A stretch of DNA of 64,000 nucleotides, taken from Thermoanaerobaculia bacterium (GTDB lineage Bacteria > Acidobacteriota > Thermoanaerobaculia > Gp7-AA8). How positions within the stretch are numbered: the stretch's first letter is position 1; each line of letters starts with the position of its first letter. The stretch spans positions 48,954 through 112,953 of the forward strand of contig DASVEE010000015.1 in NCBI GenBank assembly GCA_036380735.1. The letters run 5' to 3'. This document shows, one piece after another, positions 50,450 to 59,920 of the stretch. The translations under genes and the position numbers were made by a program. The notes under the pieces were generated by a model. It was not told where the DNA came from, did not search any database, and was given only the letters and a program-made list of their open reading frames with translations.

Positions 50450-51520
50450 TCACAGTACGGCTGAATACGCCGTAATGAGTCGGGTTGCCGCTGCCCGGTA
50501 GCCGAACTGTTGCGAGTGCGTCGCGACGCGCGTCCGAAACGGGCGAACCTCGTTCGCCAGCAGCGCCTGCACTTTCGTGGCGAGCGCTTGCGGTGTGGCG
50601 GCATCGGCGATGAGCCGCGGGGCGAGGTCGCCGAGGAGGGCGTGGACGCCGTCGAGTGGAAAGACGGCGGGAGGCACGCCACAGGCCATGGCTTCGAGGA
50701 TGGCTCGATGCCCCTCGTCGGAGCCGCGAGCGGTGAAGAGGAGCAGATCGGACGCGCGGTAGTGATCGGCGAGGTCGACCTCGTGATAGCCGGCCCAGAG
50801 GACGTCGGCGGCGATGTCGAGATCGCGCGCGAGCTGCTCGAGCACCGGGCGGTGAGGGCCGTGGCCGATGACCATCATGCGCGCGCTCGGCAGATCGCGC
50901 CGCACGAGCGCGAAGGTGCGCAGCGCGTCCTCGAAGCCGCGCCGCGGGGCGAGCTTGCCGATGACCGTGATGAGCTTCGCGTCGTCGGGGATGGCGTAGG
51001 TGACGCGGACGTCGTCGCCGTGGGGGTCGAACTGGCGGTGATCGAGCGGCGGCGGCGTGAAGACGGCGTCGCGTCCGCGGAGCGCCTCGGCATCGCGGAA
51101 GGTGTCGTTCACGACGCAGAGCAGTTTCGTGCGGCGGATCAGTGCGCGCGTGAAGGGATCGGTGCGAAGGACGCGCTCCGCGTGAAACGTGCGCGCGACG
51201 GTGACGCGGCGGCCGACGGCGAGGAAGCGGGCGAGCCAGTGGTCGTACGTGAGGTGCGCGTGGATGACGTCGAAGCCGTGACGGTCCAGCATCCGCCCGA
51301 GCGCCGCGAGCGTCCGCCGGAAGGCGAGCGGGTTCTGCGCCTTCTCGATCAGCGGGTGCGCGAAATCGTGGTGCGCGAGCTTCTCCTGCAGCTTGTAGCC
51401 GCCGACGTAGGCATAGTGCGCGTCGACGCCCGCCTCACGCAGAGCTTCAACCTCGGCGAAAGCCGGCGCCGCGGCCCCGGTCCAGCGGTTGCCGGCGGCC
51501 AGGTGGAGGATCTTCAACAC
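50450..51520 (-). CDS. Glycosyltransferase family 4
   Basis: GT-B C-terminal motif (...EGHRAILEAMACGVP...). Confidence 0.7.
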   Translation of the reverse strand: MLKILHLAAGNRWTGAAAPAFAEVEALREAGVDAHYAYVGGYKLQEKLAHHDFAHPLIEKAQNPLAFRRTLAALGRMLDRHGFDVIHAHLTYDHWLARFLAVGRRVTVARTFHAERVLRTDPFTRALIRRTKLLCVVNDTFRDAEALRGRDAVFTPPPLDHRQFDPHGDDVRVTYAIPDDAKLITVIGKLAPRRGFEDALRTFALVRRDLPSARMMVIGHGPHRPVLEQLARDLDIAADVLWAGYHEVDLADHYRASDLLLFTARGSDEGHRAILEAMACGVPPAVFPLDGVHALLGDLAPRLIADAATPQALATKVQALLANEVRPFRTRVATHSQQFGYRAAATRLITAYSAVL

Positions 51521-51646
51521 GCGCGCGCATTATGCCGGAGGCGTGCGGGGATGGAACCGATGGCCGAATGGGACACCACGATGTTGACCACGACACATCC
51601 TCCGTCCCATCGGCCTTTCCCGGCCGTCTGATATATTCGCGCGCCT

Positions 51647-51886
51647 ATGGCCGTCGATCAGGAACTGCTTGCCATCCTTGCCTGTCCCCTGTGCAAACAG
51701 GAAGTGAAAGTCGTCCCGCTCACGGAGGCGCGGCGCTCCGCGGTGCGCGACAAGTACCGGGAGAAGTTCCGCGGCGAGGAGCCGGTCGTCGAGAGCGGCC
51801 TCCGTTGCGTGAAGTGCGGCCGCGTCTACCCCGTCGTCAGCGACATCCCGATCATGCTCGTCGAAGAAGCCTACGATGAGCCCTGA
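51647..51886 (+). CDS. Trm112-family protein (DUF343)
   Basis: LLAILACPLCKQ...LRCVKCGRVYPVVSDIPIML zinc-ribbon-like Trm112 signature. Confidence 0.7.
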   Translation: MAVDQELLAILACPLCKQEVKVVPLTEARRSAVRDKYREKFRGEEPVVESGLRCVKCGRVYPVVSDIPIMLVEEAYDEP

Positions 51887-51889
51887 GTC

Positions 51890-53128
51890 GTGCTAGCCCG
51901 TCTGCTGGCTGGAGTCCGCTCGGAGTTCTCCAGCCTCAGTCCTCACGGTCTCCTCCGCTGGGCCGGCTTCTTCTACTTCGCCCACATCCTTTTCCAGGGA
52001 AAGATCGCCCCCTCGGAGCTCGGCGCGTTCTGGTTCATCTTCTGTCTCGGCTGGGCCATGGTCCGCCGCGAGGCGCGCTTCTCGTTCCACATCCTCTATT
52101 ACCCCCTGATCCTCTACGGCGTCGTCTCGACGCTCTCCGCCGCCGTGGCGCAGGCGCGCATCCACGCCGGGTTCGAGTCGATGCTGTGGTTCAAGATGCT
52201 GATCTTCCCGGCGGCGCTGATCTACTTCCGGATGATCCCGCGCGCGCGGACGCTCGCGCTCTGGGCGCACGTCGTGTTCGGCGTCGGCATCGCTGCGTGG
52301 GGCATCTTCGAGTTTCTCGTCCTCGACCAGCGCGATCTGGAGCGGCGGATCAACGGTCCGTCGACGCACGTCATGACGTTCTCCGGGCTGCTGCTGCCGC
52401 TGTCGCTGATGCTGCTGATGATGTGGTGGCACCAGCGGAAGGCGTGGCAACTCGCCGCCACCACGGTCATCTCCCTCACGCTCGTCCTGACGTTCACGCG
52501 CGGCGTCTGGCTCGGCTGGATCTTCGCGGTCGTCGTGATTCTCGTCGTCGCGCGGCCGCGGCTCCTCCTCTATCTGCCCATCGTGCTGGTGTGGGGACTC
52601 GTCCTCATGCCGTTGCCGGTCTTCGGACGGCTGATGTCGATCTTCGATCCGACGCAGTCGTCGAACCTGGACCGCATCCGGATGATCGAGGCGGGGGTGG
52701 AGATGATCCGCGACTATCCGGTCCTGGGTGTTGGGCCGGCGAACGTGAAAGAGGTGTATCCGCTCTACAAGAAGCCGGACGCTCCCCGCTTCCGGCCGCC
52801 GCACCTCCATAACAACGTGATCCAGCTCTGGGCGGAGCGCGGGGTCCTTGGGGTGGTCGCCTACATTCTGTTGCTCGCCCTCTTCCTCCGCGAATGCGCC
52901 AAGGGGTGGCGCTCGCCGGGGGAGGGGAGGATGTGGGCCGAGATCGGGATCGTCATCACGGCCGGCCTGACCTGGGCCGGGCTGTTCGAGTTCAACTTCG
53001 GCGATACCGAGGTCTTCTACATCATGCTCGACCTCTTCGCCCTCGTGATCGCTTCCATCGAGGCGAGCGCGGCCGAGCCGGTGAATGAACCGGCAGTAGG
53101 GGCTGTTCCGGCGATGTCAGCAGCTTAG
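51890..53128 (+). CDS. O-antigen ligase-family membrane protein (Wzy_C)
   Basis: Polytopic, with a large periplasmic loop containing TFTRGVWLGW; non-ATG start probable. Confidence 0.6.
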   Translation: MLARLLAGVRSEFSSLSPHGLLRWAGFFYFAHILFQGKIAPSELGAFWFIFCLGWAMVRREARFSFHILYYPLILYGVVSTLSAAVAQARIHAGFESMLWFKMLIFPAALIYFRMIPRARTLALWAHVVFGVGIAAWGIFEFLVLDQRDLERRINGPSTHVMTFSGLLLPLSLMLLMMWWHQRKAWQLAATTVISLTLVLTFTRGVWLGWIFAVVVILVVARPRLLLYLPIVLVWGLVLMPLPVFGRLMSIFDPTQSSNLDRIRMIEAGVEMIRDYPVLGVGPANVKEVYPLYKKPDAPRFRPPHLHNNVIQLWAERGVLGVVAYILLLALFLRECAKGWRSPGEGRMWAEIGIVITAGLTWAGLFEFNFGDTEVFYIMLDLFALVIASIEASAAEPVNEPAVGAVPAMSAA

Positions 53129-53160
53129 GGCCCTGAGCCCTCAGGCTGCCCGAAACCATT

Positions 53161-53781
53161 TTGATCATGCTTCCGTCGAAGAGCCGAGACATAGGGGAAA
53201 TGAAACACCTGAGCGATCAGGAGCTCATGCGAATCGTTCAGGCGGGTGACTACTCCCCGGCCTCCGAGATTTATGACCGCTACAGCGGACGGATCTACAA
53301 CTTCGCGTTTCGTTTCTTGAAGAATGCGGAAGCGGCCGAGGACGCGACGCAGGAAGTATTCGTCAAGATGATCAAACACGCCAATCAGTTCCACGGGGAT
53401 GCAAAGCTGTCGACGTGGCTCTTCTCCATCACGGCCAACTGGTGCCGTGACTACCTCCGGAAAGCGGACAACAAGTCGAAGGAATCCGACGATGTGCTGG
53501 TGACTCTGCCGGCGCCGGCGGAGAACGCGCCCGACCGCAATCTGGAGCAGAGGGAGAACGAGATCCGCGTACGCCGCGCGCTCCAGGAACTGACGCCGGA
53601 ACAGAGAGAAGCGATCCTGCTCTCACGCTACCAGGGACTGTCGTACGCCGAGATCGCGCAGATCGCCGGCTGTTCCGAAGGTGCCGTGAAGACGCGGGTT
53701 TTTCGCGCGATGGAAACATTGAAAAAAGCGCTCGCGGGTGACGTGGGCGGAGGTGCCCGATGGCCGATTGCAGTGCGCTGA
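53161..53781 (+). CDS. ECF-type RNA polymerase sigma factor
   Basis: Sigma-70 region 2 (FSITANWCRDYLRK) and region 4 (LSYAEIAQIAGCSEGAVKTRVFRA). Confidence 0.85.
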   Translation: MIMLPSKSRDIGEMKHLSDQELMRIVQAGDYSPASEIYDRYSGRIYNFAFRFLKNAEAAEDATQEVFVKMIKHANQFHGDAKLSTWLFSITANWCRDYLRKADNKSKESDDVLVTLPAPAENAPDRNLEQRENEIRVRRALQELTPEQREAILLSRYQGLSYAEIAQIAGCSEGAVKTRVFRAMETLKKALAGDVGGGARWPIAVR

Positions 53782-54830
53782 GAGAGAACCTGCCGATGCT
53801 TCTGACCGAGTCGATCGACCCGGCCCGGCGGGAGCTCACTCACGAGCACATCGAGAGCTGCGAAGCCTGTACGGCGGAGTGGCTCGCGTACAAAGAAACC
53901 TGGAACGTGCTCGACGAGCTGCCGGAAGTCGAAGTGCCGGCGCGCGTGAAGCAGCGATTCCTCGCCGCGGTCAACCCGCAGGCGGTGGTCGCTCCCGTCG
54001 TCGCTCCGGCGCCCGCGGAGAAGGCCGATAACGTCGTGCCCTTCACGCGGAAGCCGGCCTTCAAGTGGGTCGCGCAGGCCGCGGCCGTCGCCCTGCTCGT
54101 GGGCGGCTCCTACTTTGCGGGTCAGCGCACCGCGACGCCGGAACCGGCGCCGATGGTCGCGCAGCAGCAGGAACTGACGCCTGCGCGGATCAACAGCGTG
54201 CAGGAGTTCTCGCCCGTCTCCATGTCGCTGGCCGAGACGCGCGTCCTCGACGCGAGCACGCTCAGTCCGAACATCGAAGGGCGCCCCGACATCACGAACG
54301 TGAAGTTCGTCGACGCCGATCCCAGCGATGACGCCATCGGCGTCTCGTTCGACATCACCTCGCGCTGGACCGTGAAGGGCAGCCCGAACGACAAGAGCAT
54401 GGTGCGCCTCCTTTCGTACGTGCTGGAGAGCGAAGGGCAGTCGTCCTCGCCGCGCTCCGACGCCATCGACTGGGTGCGCCAGACCTACTCCGATCCGCAG
54501 TACTCGCACCCCGAGATCGCGAATGCGCTGGCCAAAGTGCTGCGCACCGACGATCACGAAGGCGCCCGCATCAACGCCGTCGACACGCTGAAGACGCTGC
54601 CGGCTTCCTCGACCCAGCAGACGCGCGAGGCACTGATCGAAGCGCTCAAGAGCGATCCGAATCCCGCGGTCCGCATGAAGGCCGTCGATGCGCTGGCGAA
54701 GCTCGCCGCCGCCGGTGAGCGCCTCGATCCGGCCGCGCTCGACATGCTCCGCCAGAAGGCCGGCCAGGCCGATGAGAACGTCTACGTCCGCGTCAAAGCG
54801 GCAGAAGCCCTTGGGAACATCCGTCCGTAA
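53760..54830 (+). CDS. Anti-sigma factor: N-terminal zinc-finger (ZAS-like HxxxCxxC), single TM, C-terminal HEAT-repeat domain
   Basis: HEHIESCEACTAEW; TM helix AAAVALLVGGSYFAG; HEAT-like ...VRMKAVDALAKL...VYVRVKAAEALGNI. Confidence 0.7.
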   Translation: MADCSALRENLPMLLTESIDPARRELTHEHIESCEACTAEWLAYKETWNVLDELPEVEVPARVKQRFLAAVNPQAVVAPVVAPAPAEKADNVVPFTRKPAFKWVAQAAAVALLVGGSYFAGQRTATPEPAPMVAQQQELTPARINSVQEFSPVSMSLAETRVLDASTLSPNIEGRPDITNVKFVDADPSDDAIGVSFDITSRWTVKGSPNDKSMVRLLSYVLESEGQSSSPRSDAIDWVRQTYSDPQYSHPEIANALAKVLRTDDHEGARINAVDTLKTLPASSTQQTREALIEALKSDPNPAVRMKAVDALAKLAAAGERLDPAALDMLRQKAGQADENVYVRVKAAEALGNIRP

Positions 54831-56432
54831 ATGAACAGCATCCGCACACTTTCGGCCGCGCTCGCGCTCGCGCTCCTCGTCGCCTCGCCGCTCCTCGCGG
54901 CGACGACGAAGACGAGCAAGTTCGAGCGCGCACTGCCGCTCGGCATGGCCGGCGTCCTGACGGTCCGCACCACGACCGGCAGCGTCGAGGTCGTCGGCGT
55001 CGATGAAGGTGGTGTGCGCTTCACCGCGATCAAAACCGTCACCGCGTTCAACACCGACAAGGAGAAGGAAAAGGCGCTCCTCGCCGAGGCCGACCGCCTG
55101 GTCGAGCTCCGCGAGGCCGTTTCCGCCGACGGCCGCAACGCCCTGATCCACACGCTCGCGCCGGCGATGAGCGGCCGTGGCTGGCGCGTCGACGTGCGCT
55201 ACGTCGTCTGGATGCCGCGCACCGCCGATCTGCGCGTCGAGGTCGTCAAATCGCAGCAGATCCGCGTCGTGAACATGATCGGCAACGTCAGCGTGAAGAA
55301 CTTCTCCGGCACGATCGTGCTGGAGCGTGTCACCGGCGTTGCCAACGTCGAAAGCACCAACGGCGGCATCGTCTACATGCCGCAGCAGCGCCTCGGCGGC
55401 AACGTCACGCTGAAGACCGTCAACGGCAACATCGAGGCGATCGTCCCCGACGGCATCGGGTTCCAGTGGGCCGCGGAAGCGCTCGCGGGCGATGTACGCT
55501 CGACGATCCCCGGCGTGCGTGGGCGGCTCAGCGGCCCCGCGTTCCGCGGCAGCGTCAATGCTCCGGGCGGACCGACGCTGACGACGGCCACCGTCACGGG
55601 CAACGTGTTCCTCCTCCGCGCCGGTACGCAGGCCGCGGCGGCGCGTTCTCTGCGCGAGACGATTCCGCAGGCGCCCGTTCCGCCGTCGCAACAGCAGCCG
55701 GCCGCGGCGACGCTGGCCGCCTCACGTGCCGGACGGCGCGACATGACGCAGCAGTTCGTCCAGGGACGCGTCGATTTCGCCACGAACATCGGCGACATCT
55801 CCATCAGCGAGCTGCGCGGCGACGCCACGCTCTCCACCGGCGCCGGCGAAGTCCGCCTCGGCACCGTGACCGGCACCTGCCGCGTCACGTCGCTCGGCGG
55901 GCCGCTCGAGCTGGGCGACATTTTCGGGTTGCTCGATGCCCGGACGCAGGCCGGCGACGTCACGATCCAGGCCGCGCGTTCCGGCGGCTCCGTGCAGACC
56001 GGCGGCGGCATCATCCGCCTGGTGTATGCCGGCGGACCGACGTCGCTGAGCTCGGCCGGCGGCGACATCATCGTGCGCCAGGCCGCGTCCTCGGTGAACG
56101 CGGAGACGCGCTCGGGCGACATTTCCATCTCCGTCGATCCCGGCGCCAAGACCCAGCGTCTCGGCGCGAAGACGGCGAAGGGGAACGTCGTGCTGTTCCT
56201 CCCTCCGCGCTTCGGCGCCGACGTCGACATCACCGTCATCACGACGGATGCGAATGCGACGCACCTCATCGAGTCGTCTTTCGGCGCGCTGAGCGTGCAG
56301 AGGGAACAGATCGCCGGCGGCAAGACCCGCCTCCGCGCCAGCGGCAAGATCAACGGCGGCGGCGAGCGCCTGGAGCTGTTCGCCGAAGGTGGCGGCGTGC
56401 AGATCAAGACGCAGCCGGTGCCGGGCCGCTGA
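54831..56432 (+). CDS. Secreted DUF4097-family (putative adhesin / beta-helix) protein
   Basis: Signal peptide; repeated GDV/GNV beta-strand units (VNGNIEA, TGNVFL, AGDVTIQA, GGDIIV, SGDISIS, KGNVVL). Confidence 0.65.
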   Translation: MNSIRTLSAALALALLVASPLLAATTKTSKFERALPLGMAGVLTVRTTTGSVEVVGVDEGGVRFTAIKTVTAFNTDKEKEKALLAEADRLVELREAVSADGRNALIHTLAPAMSGRGWRVDVRYVVWMPRTADLRVEVVKSQQIRVVNMIGNVSVKNFSGTIVLERVTGVANVESTNGGIVYMPQQRLGGNVTLKTVNGNIEAIVPDGIGFQWAAEALAGDVRSTIPGVRGRLSGPAFRGSVNAPGGPTLTTATVTGNVFLLRAGTQAAAARSLRETIPQAPVPPSQQQPAAATLAASRAGRRDMTQQFVQGRVDFATNIGDISISELRGDATLSTGAGEVRLGTVTGTCRVTSLGGPLELGDIFGLLDARTQAGDVTIQAARSGGSVQTGGGIIRLVYAGGPTSLSSAGGDIIVRQAASSVNAETRSGDISISVDPGAKTQRLGAKTAKGNVVLFLPPRFGADVDITVITTDANATHLIESSFGALSVQREQIAGGKTRLRASGKINGGGERLELFAEGGGVQIKTQPVPGR

Positions 56433-56515
56433 TCGGACGAATCGGACCTACAAGACCAAAGCGCCGGTCCCATTCGTCCTATAGGTCCTATTCGTCCTAT
56501 TTGTCCTATCGGACC
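56431..56515. repeat. Tandem-repeat-armed hairpin element (GGACGAAT / GTCCTAT-type arms)
   Basis: gatcggacgaatcggacctacaagacc-aaagcgccg-gtcccattcgtcctataggtcctattcgtcctatttgtcctatcggaccc. Confidence 0.75.
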
Positions 56516-56601
56516 CATCCTGCGGCCACCATTGCGTCCCACCGGTTTTCCCGCATAGCATTCGCCGCCTGTATGAACCGCTGATCCGGAGGACTTTCCA
56601 T

Positions 56602-57324
56602 TTGAAATCGATTTTGTACGGAGCACTGCTGTTTGCCCTCGTGGCCTGCAACGCGACCGATCCTGCCAACACGACGGCTGGCACGGAGGCGGAAGGCACC
56701 ACTGCGACGGCGACCGACACGAGCGCCTCGACCACCGCGGCCGCGACCGACACCAACAGCACGGCGCCGGCGGCGCCTGCGCAACAGGAGAAACCAATGA
56801 GCGAATACCAGGACCAGGTAGCGGTGATCAAGACCACCGCGGGCGAGATCCAGATCCGCTTCTTCCCCGACGTCGCCCCGAACCACGTGAAGAACTTCAT
56901 CGACCTGGCGAACCAGGGCTTCTACAACGGCACGAAGTTCCACCGCGTCATTCCCGGCTTCATGATCCAGGGCGGTGACCCGAACACCAAGAGCGGCGAC
57001 CCGTACACCTGGGGCACGGGCGGCTCGCCGAACCGCCTGCGCGCGGAGTTCAACAACGTCAAGCACAAGCGCGGCATCGTCTCGATGGCGCGCTCGACCG
57101 ATCCGAACAGCGCCTCGTCGCAGTTCTTCATCATGGTCGCGGACTACCCGTCGCTCGACAACCAGTACTCGGTCTTCGGCCAGGTGCTCTCCGGCATGGA
57201 AGTCGTCGACAAGATCGTGAGCGCGAAGACGGAGCGCGAACGTCCGGTCGAGCCGACCGCCATCGAGAGCATCACGTTCCGGGCGGCCACGGACGCGGAG
57301 AAGGGGCCGGCGCCCCAGGCGTGA
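56602..57324 (+). CDS. Peptidyl-prolyl cis-trans isomerase, cyclophilin type, lipoprotein
   Basis: Lipobox (LFALVACN), low-complexity Thr/Ala-rich linker, then FHRVIPGFMIQGGDP...MAR...SQFFI cyclophilin motifs. Confidence 0.9.
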   Translation: MKSILYGALLFALVACNATDPANTTAGTEAEGTTATATDTSASTTAAATDTNSTAPAAPAQQEKPMSEYQDQVAVIKTTAGEIQIRFFPDVAPNHVKNFIDLANQGFYNGTKFHRVIPGFMIQGGDPNTKSGDPYTWGTGGSPNRLRAEFNNVKHKRGIVSMARSTDPNSASSQFFIMVADYPSLDNQYSVFGQVLSGMEVVDKIVSAKTERERPVEPTAIESITFRAATDAEKGPAPQA

Positions 57325-58298
57325 CGCTTCCGGACGAAGTCGCGGTCGTCGTGAGCGAGTGGCTGGGTGAAGGTTGGACCGCGCAGCCACTCGCGGGCGA
57401 CGCCTCCGTGCGTGCGTACTTTCGCATCGCGCACGGCGGGCAGACGTACATGCTCGCGTATTACCCGGAAGAGGTGCGGTCGCAGCTGAAGCGTTTCCTG
57501 GACGCGTACGCTGCGGTCGCACCGAGCGGCCGCATCCCGGCAGTCCTGCACGACAGCGCATTCGCGGTGCTGCAGCACGACGTCGGCGACCGCACGCTCT
57601 TCGACATCCTGCACGAGCACCGCGACGAAGGTGTGCGTCTCTACCACGAGGCCATCGAGCTGCTCGTGGCGTTCCAGCAGGCGCGCGCGGAGGTGAACCC
57701 TCCGTTCACGGCGGAATCGTTCTTCGCGGAGCTGGAGATGGCGCGCGACTTCTACGCCGGTCAGCTCATGGGTGCGCCGTCCGAAGAGCTGAAAACACTT
57801 TTCGAGAAGCTGTCACAGAAAGTCGCACAGCATCCGTATGTTTTATGTCATCGCGATTTTCACGGACAAAACCTGCATGTTTTAAATGACACGGTTTATC
57901 TCATCGACTATCAGGATCTGAGAATGGGTCCGGATACGTACGATCTCGCCTCGCTGCTGCGCGACCGCGGCGTCGCGCGCATCCTCGGCGAAGCGACGGA
58001 GCTCGACCTGCTCGAGCACTACCGCCGCGTCACCGGCGCCGATGAGACCATCCGCCGCCGCTACTTCGAAACGCTGCTGCAACGCTCCGTCAAGATCCTC
58101 GGCACGTTCTCCAAGCAGCCGATCGTCCGCGGCCGCATGCACTATCTCAAGTTCATCCCCCCGACGCTCGAAAGCATCCGCCGCTGCCTCGACGAGCTGC
58201 CGGAGTTCGCCGCGCTCGGCCAGCAACTGCCGATGGAGTTCTCCCTGGAAGCGGCACAGGAACGCGCGCGCTCTCTCTACGAAGCCGTGCAATCATGA
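57321..58298 (+). CDS. Phosphotransferase-family kinase (APH fold; AmgK/anomeric sugar kinase-like)
   Basis: HRDFHGQNL catalytic loop and IDYQD motif. Confidence 0.6.
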   Translation: MTLPDEVAVVVSEWLGEGWTAQPLAGDASVRAYFRIAHGGQTYMLAYYPEEVRSQLKRFLDAYAAVAPSGRIPAVLHDSAFAVLQHDVGDRTLFDILHEHRDEGVRLYHEAIELLVAFQQARAEVNPPFTAESFFAELEMARDFYAGQLMGAPSEELKTLFEKLSQKVAQHPYVLCHRDFHGQNLHVLNDTVYLIDYQDLRMGPDTYDLASLLRDRGVARILGEATELDLLEHYRRVTGADETIRRRYFETLLQRSVKILGTFSKQPIVRGRMHYLKFIPPTLESIRRCLDELPEFAALGQQLPMEFSLEAAQERARSLYEAVQS

Positions 58299-58367
58299 TT
58301 TCCGCTTTCCGAGTGCCGGTTTCCGCGCTGCCTCGCGCCGGAAGCCGGCAATCGGAAATCCGAAATC
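58297..58367. repeat. Tandem-repeat-armed hairpin element (GATTTCC heptamer arms), core CGCTGCCTCGCG
   Basis: gatttccgctttccgagtgccggtttccg-cgctgcctcgcg-ccggaagccggcaatcggaaatccgaaatc; overlaps the stop of the kinase-like gene. Confidence 0.75.
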
Positions 58368-58379
58368 GAGGTAAGACAG

Positions 58380-59408
58380 ATGGCTAAACACAAGATCACC
58401 CTGCTCCCCGGCGACGGGATCGGCCCGGAAGTCACGGCCGCCGTGGTGCAGATCATCGAATGCGCGGGTGTCGACGTCGAATGGGAGAAGTACTTCGTCG
58501 GCGCGGAAGCGCTCACACGCTCCGGCGATCCGCTGCCGCAGGAAGTGCTCGACTCGATCCTGCGCAACAAGGTCGCGCTCAAAGGGCCGGTGACGACGCC
58601 CGTCGGAACCGGCTTCGCGTCGATCAACGTCCGGCTGCGCAAGACGCTCGACCTCTACTCGAACCTCCGCCCGGTGCGCTCGATGCCGAACATCAAGACG
58701 CGCTACGAGGACATCGATCTCGTGGTCGTGCGTGAGAACACCGAAAGCCTCTACGCGGGTCTCGAGCACGAGGTGATCCCCGGCGTCGTCGAGTCGCTGA
58801 AGATCATCACGGAGAAGGCGTCGACGCGCATCGCCCGCTTCGCGTTCGAGTACGCGCGCCAGCACGGACGCAAGCGCGTCACGGCCGTCCACAAGGCGAA
58901 CATCATGAAGCTGTCGGACGGCCTGTTCCTGCAGTGCTTCCGCAACGTGGCGAAGGAGTACCCGAACATCGAGGCGGACGACAAGATCGTCGACAACCTC
59001 TGCATGCAGCTCGTGACGAACCCGAACCAGTTCGACATCCTGCTGCTCGAGAACCTGTACGGCGACATCGTCTCCGACCTGACCGCGGGCCTCGTCGGCG
59101 GCCTGGGCGTCGTCGCCGGCGCGAACATCGGCGAGAACGGCGCGGTCTTCGAAGCGGTGCACGGCAGCGCGCCCGACATCGCCGGCCAGAACAAGGCGAA
59201 CCCGCTGGCGCTCCTGCAGTCGGCCGTCCTCATGCTGCATCACATCGGCGAGCCGCAGGCTGCCCAGCGCATCCACACCGCGATCCTCAAAGTGCTGGCC
59301 ATGGGACCGGAGCACCGCACGAAAGACATCGACGGCACCGGCTCCACCACCGACTTCACCGTGGCCATCTGTGACGTGCTGCGGAAAGGTGTGCGCTCCA
59401 CGGATTAG
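58380..59408 (+). CDS. NAD-dependent isocitrate/homoisocitrate dehydrogenase (IDH3-like beta-decarboxylating dehydrogenase)
   Basis: LLPGDGIGPEV, LKGPVTTPVG...LRKTLDLYSNLRPV and VRENTESLYAGLEH, closely matching the NAD-IDH pattern. Confidence 0.8.
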   Translation: MAKHKITLLPGDGIGPEVTAAVVQIIECAGVDVEWEKYFVGAEALTRSGDPLPQEVLDSILRNKVALKGPVTTPVGTGFASINVRLRKTLDLYSNLRPVRSMPNIKTRYEDIDLVVVRENTESLYAGLEHEVIPGVVESLKIITEKASTRIARFAFEYARQHGRKRVTAVHKANIMKLSDGLFLQCFRNVAKEYPNIEADDKIVDNLCMQLVTNPNQFDILLLENLYGDIVSDLTAGLVGGLGVVAGANIGENGAVFEAVHGSAPDIAGQNKANPLALLQSAVLMLHHIGEPQAAQRIHTAILKVLAMGPEHRTKDIDGTGSTTDFTVAICDVLRKGVRSTD

Positions 59409-59416
59409 CCTCGACC

Positions 59417-59502
59417 GGATTGAGGATTGAGGATGGAGGATCGAGGAAAGAAGCCTGGCCATGCGCAGCGATCCTCAATCCTCGATTCCCGATCCTCAAT
59501 CC
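59417..59502. repeat. Tandem-repeat-armed hairpin element (GGATTGA heptamer arms), core AAGCCTGGCCATGCGCAGCG
   Basis: ggattgaggattgaggatggaggatcgagga ... atcctcaatcctcgattcccgatcctcaatcc. Confidence 0.85.
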
Positions 59503-59838
59503 TTTCTCGCCGAGGGCGTGGCCCACTTCAATTTCCACCGATTCTGGGAAGCACATGAATCGTGGGAGCACCTCTGGCTGGCCGACCGTACGCCCGAGCG
59601 CGAGTTCCTTCAGGGGCTGATCCAGCTCGCCGCGGCGTACTACCACGTGCGGCGCGGCAACGTCCGCGGGGCGACGCGCCTGTTCGACGCGGGGCTGCGC
59701 CGTCTCGATCCGTTTCCTCCCCGCTTCCGTGGCATCGACCGTGAGGCCGCGGTCGAGGCGGCGCGCCGTCACCGCGACGTGATCGCCGGCGGGGGCACCG
59801 TCCCGGCTGACGCTTTCCCGAAGCTTTCGATGACGTAA
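59461..59838 (+). CDS. DUF309-family protein; true start probably downstream of the repeat hairpin (about 59500)
   Basis: FN.HRFWEAHE.WE.LW......REFLQGLIQLAAAYYHVRRGNVRGATRL signature. Confidence 0.5.
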   Translation: MRSDPQSSIPDPQSFLAEGVAHFNFHRFWEAHESWEHLWLADRTPEREFLQGLIQLAAAYYHVRRGNVRGATRLFDAGLRRLDPFPPRFRGIDREAAVEAARRHRDVIAGGGTVPADAFPKLSMT

Positions 59839-59920
59839 GTTTTCCGCACCAGAGTCCGGCGGAAGGACTACAATCGAGCCCTCATCCAATCGAAAAATCC
59901 TCACGTCGCGAGGGTCAACA

